The translations under genes and the position numbers were made by a program. 64,000 nt of DNA from Heptranchias perlo. Lineage: Eukaryota. The stretch lies in the NCBI RefSeq assembly GCF_035084215.1, contig NC_090363.1, positions 4,278,001 to 4,342,000 of the forward strand, given 5' to 3'. Position 1 is the first letter of the stretch; each line of letters begins with the position of its first letter. The notes beneath the pieces are model-generated. The model was not told the DNA's origin and searched no databases. It saw nothing but the letters and a program-made list of their open reading frames with translations. This document shows, one piece after another, positions 60,788 through 64,000 of the stretch.

Positions 60788-62095
60788 AATATTAATAATG
60801 AGTAAATTCCTGGCGAAACCTCCCTTCTGGGGCCGACTGTTTGCCCTGCAGGAGAGCTGCTCACAGGGTTCACTCCATACACTCCATCAATAAATAATAT
60901 AAATACATCAATTCATAAATATATTTAAATAATAACTTAAATCAGTCTGAAACATCCTAAACTTGACGGAATTTACGCTGTTTAAAGACATCTTTAAAAC
61001 AGAGGTCATACTTTTACATAAAACATATTATTTTGCCAATATTCCAAAATTGATATTGATACTTAGAACATTCCAGATAGAAAATCCCTGGGTACATAAA
61101 AGAGCAGCACATATTCCACTCGAATAAAGAGCTGATAAAACAGAAATAAATAAATAACATATTCTTCAAATGATTTTTTTGGTTTTCGTAGTGTTTGGGA
61201 AATAGTCTTTCCTCTTTTTAATTGGTTAAAGTGTCGACCAATCACGTTCTAGAGAAGTAGCGTTCTGCGAAAAGACGACCAATCGCATTGTAGAGGTGGA
61301 AAGCAACTTGTCTATTGGGGACTGGCCGGCCTTTCTCACCAATCAGAAACCTCAGAGACTTTCCATGAGCACCACCAAGGAAGGTCCATGGGGGCATTAG
61401 GAATATATTATCAACACAAAGAGATGACAAGGCAAAGCCCATACTCTTCAAGGACCAGAGAATGGTCACACAGGCAAACCAGTCTGAATATCAGACCTGA
61501 TAGCTCACTTGTTAGTTGTTGGGATTTTCTAATTGCTCTCTCCATGAGGAGTACCAGTTTAAATAACATTAAATAACAATAAATATAAATTAAATATAAA
61601 TTAAATAAAGGGACCAGTTGATGACAGAGTGGCCTGAAATGAGAAAATCAGCGTATTCAGAGCACTGTTATCCTACAACTGCCCCGTTACACATTTACAA
61701 CACACTTCATCTACTTTAACATAAAGAATCCCGCACAGCAGTGCAGCCTGAGACACATACCCACACACCCAGTGTTAAAGGTGTCTCAGAGAACAGGAAC
61801 ATTATAGGGACAGGAGTAGGTCATTCAGATCCGCCCTGTGCTGGGTGTGAATCTGGAGTGACAGAGGTGAAAGTGCAGTGTGATAACCCACCCCACTGCC
61901 CAATCCTTCCGATCCGAATACATTTGATATTTTCCGTCTCTACAAGTCTTTAAATAAAATGGTGGAGAGATGAGTCTCTTTGTCCAATTAGTGCCAGATA
62001 GGACCATGTGTCCCGAACAGTTTCTGCTGTCTTTCAATTTGAAAATCTCGATCAGTCATCGTCGCTCACCATTCGCTAGAAGTAACTTGGGCTCC

Positions 62096-63424
62096 TCACA
62101 AAGCGAATATTCCAAAGAAGCTCTTTCCCTCGGCAGTGTCGACGTATCCCACCACCTCCTCGTTGACCCTGGAGAAGATCTGATCTCCCTCCTCGAACTC
62201 AAATATGGCCCCCTGGTAGGAGGTCTTGTACCAGGGCTCTCCGTGTTTGCCGTAGTGACAGGTGGACTTGGTGGCTTTCAGTAGCAAGGATTCCTCCGGG
62301 TAGCTCGCCGATAACTTGGAGAGTTCGTGGCTGAGAAAGATGGGCTGGCCCTGGCAGCCCATTCTGAAGAAGACCACCTGGGTGTAGACAAAGTACAGAC
62401 CGGGGGTCTTAATGACGAGTCTGTTGTCTTTGAACTCCACGCCCTCAGATAAGGTGGAGTCCGCCTCGTTCTGCCAAATCACATTCTTTCCTTCAATGCT
62501 TTGTGAAGCTGAGAGGAGAAAGAGAGGGAACAACATAAGGATAGAATAAGGAAGGACTTGCTTTTATATAACACCTTTCACGACCTCAGTGCGTCCCAAA
62601 GTATTTTACAGCCAATGAAGTACTTTTGAAGTGTAATCACTGTTGTAAAGTAGGAGACGCAGCAGCCAATTTGCGCATAGCAAGATCCCACAAACAGTAA
62701 TGAAATAATGACCAGGTAATCTGTTTTTTAGTGATGTTGTATGAGGGAGGAATATTGGCCGGGACACCGGGGAGAACTCCCCTGCTCTTCTTTTATGTCC
62801 ACCTGAGAGGGGCAGACAGGGCCTCGGTTTAACGTCTCATCTGAAAGATGGCACTTCTGACAGTGCAGCACTCCCCCAGTACTGCAGTTGAAGCCTCCAA
62901 AGTCATTAGAGAAAAGATACATTCTTGCCAGTCCTGTTGGCTTTGAAGCAAATCCCCAAAGGTGAAAGACCAACACCTGACTTACTGCAGACATCCAAGT
63001 ATTCCTTGGCTTTTAACAATGGTAGTTCCCAAACTATCCCTTCCCTTCTGTTCTTCCTAAACCATTTGCCACTTGTAGCTCAGGTGGTGGCTAGGGTGAA
63101 TCTCCCCCTGATATTTCCCCGTCTGCTCGTATGGACAAGCCAAACCTCAGCTTGGTGTCTCTCGGACAGTGATCGGGATGAGATAGAGATCTCTCACCTG
63201 CACCCCACTGATTCTGATGCCCACTGCAGTTGAATAGCCTACTGCCACTCTCAGTCTCAGCTCACACATCAAGAATGACCACCGGAGAATCATGCTACAG
63301 TAAGAGTGGCTATCTTCAGGACCTGGGTCTATTAATGACATTAAAAATAGTCTCGTACCTGTCAGGTGAGCTGCGATTTTCCTCCTCGGATCATTTCCCA
63401 CCTGCATCATGTGATGAGACTGAC
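62096..63424 (-). CDS. TNF/lymphotoxin-like ligand, paralog 5 (exons 3-4 only; exons 1-2 expected beyond the window end)
   Basis: Exon 3 is 63424-63359 (GQSHHMMQVGNDPRRKIAAHLT, TAG acceptor, GT donor). Exon 4 is 62508-62096 and encodes an intact THD nearly identical to paralog 3. The intron-2 microsatellite runs to the window edge. Confidence 0.9.
62552..62885 (-). mobile_element. SacSINE1-like SINE in intron 3 of paralog 5
   Basis: Same family motifs; absent from the corresponding intron of paralog 3. Confidence 0.8.
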
Positions 63425-63491
63425 CTAGAACAGAAAAGCCGGACTCTCAGTCACTATTATAATGTACCTGTACTGAAAACTGACTGACAAT

Positions 63492-64000
63492 GAGATAGAA
63501 AGAGAGAGAGAGCGAGAGAGGGAGATAAAGATAGAGAGATAGAGACAGAGAGATTGATAGCGAGAGATTGATGAAGAGAGAGATTGATGGAGAGAGAGAG
63601 GGAGAGAGGGAGAGAAAGATAGAGAGAGAGATAAAGAGAGAGAGAGATTGAAAGAGAGATTGATAGAGAGAGAGATTGATGGAGAGAGAGAGATTGATAG
63701 AGAGAGAGATTGATAAAGAAAGAGATTGTTAGAGAGAGAGATTGATAGAGAGAGATTGATGGAGAGAGAGATTGATGGAGAGAGAGATTGATAAAGAGAT
63801 TGATGGAGAGAGAGATTGATAGAGAGAGAGATTGATAGAGAGAGAGATTGATAAAGAGATTGATGGAGAGAGAGATTGATAGAGAGAGAGATTGATAGAG
63901 AGAGATTGATAAAGAGATTGATGGAGAGAGAGATTGATGGAGAGAGAGATTGATGGAGAGAGAGATTGATAAAGAGATTGATAGAGAGAGAGATTGATGG
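63492..64000. repeat. (GAGATTGATRGA)n repeat in intron 2 of paralog 5
   Basis: Same motif as in paralog 4; runs off the window end. Confidence 0.9.

Overview
Repeat-rich vertebrate genomic DNA. The SacSINE1/Deu-type SINEs and shark-type CR1/L2 LINEs point to a cartilaginous fish (inference). The window holds a tandem cluster of five paralogous TNF/lymphotoxin-like ligand genes, reconstructed by hand from GT-AG splice sites. Genes 1-3 are on the + strand (8729-14740, 27253-32736, 42504-44338). Genes 4-5 are on the - strand (53807-57184, and 62096 to beyond 64000 with exons 1-2 outside the window). The four complete genes have the 4-exon, phase 0/1/1 layout of TNF and encode intact 236-245 aa type II membrane proteins whose TNF homology domain mixes TNF and LT motifs. 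The paralogs differ in cytoplasmic motifs, stalk cleavage motifs and promoters. They share a 3'UTR AU-rich block and a triloop hairpin, and genes 3/4/5 show patchwork near-identity suggestive of gene conversion. The rest is CR1/L2-group LINE pieces, SINEs, MITE-like elements, large minisatellites and one 211-N gap. Orthology (TNF vs LTA/LTB), expression and novelty cannot be established from sequence alone.
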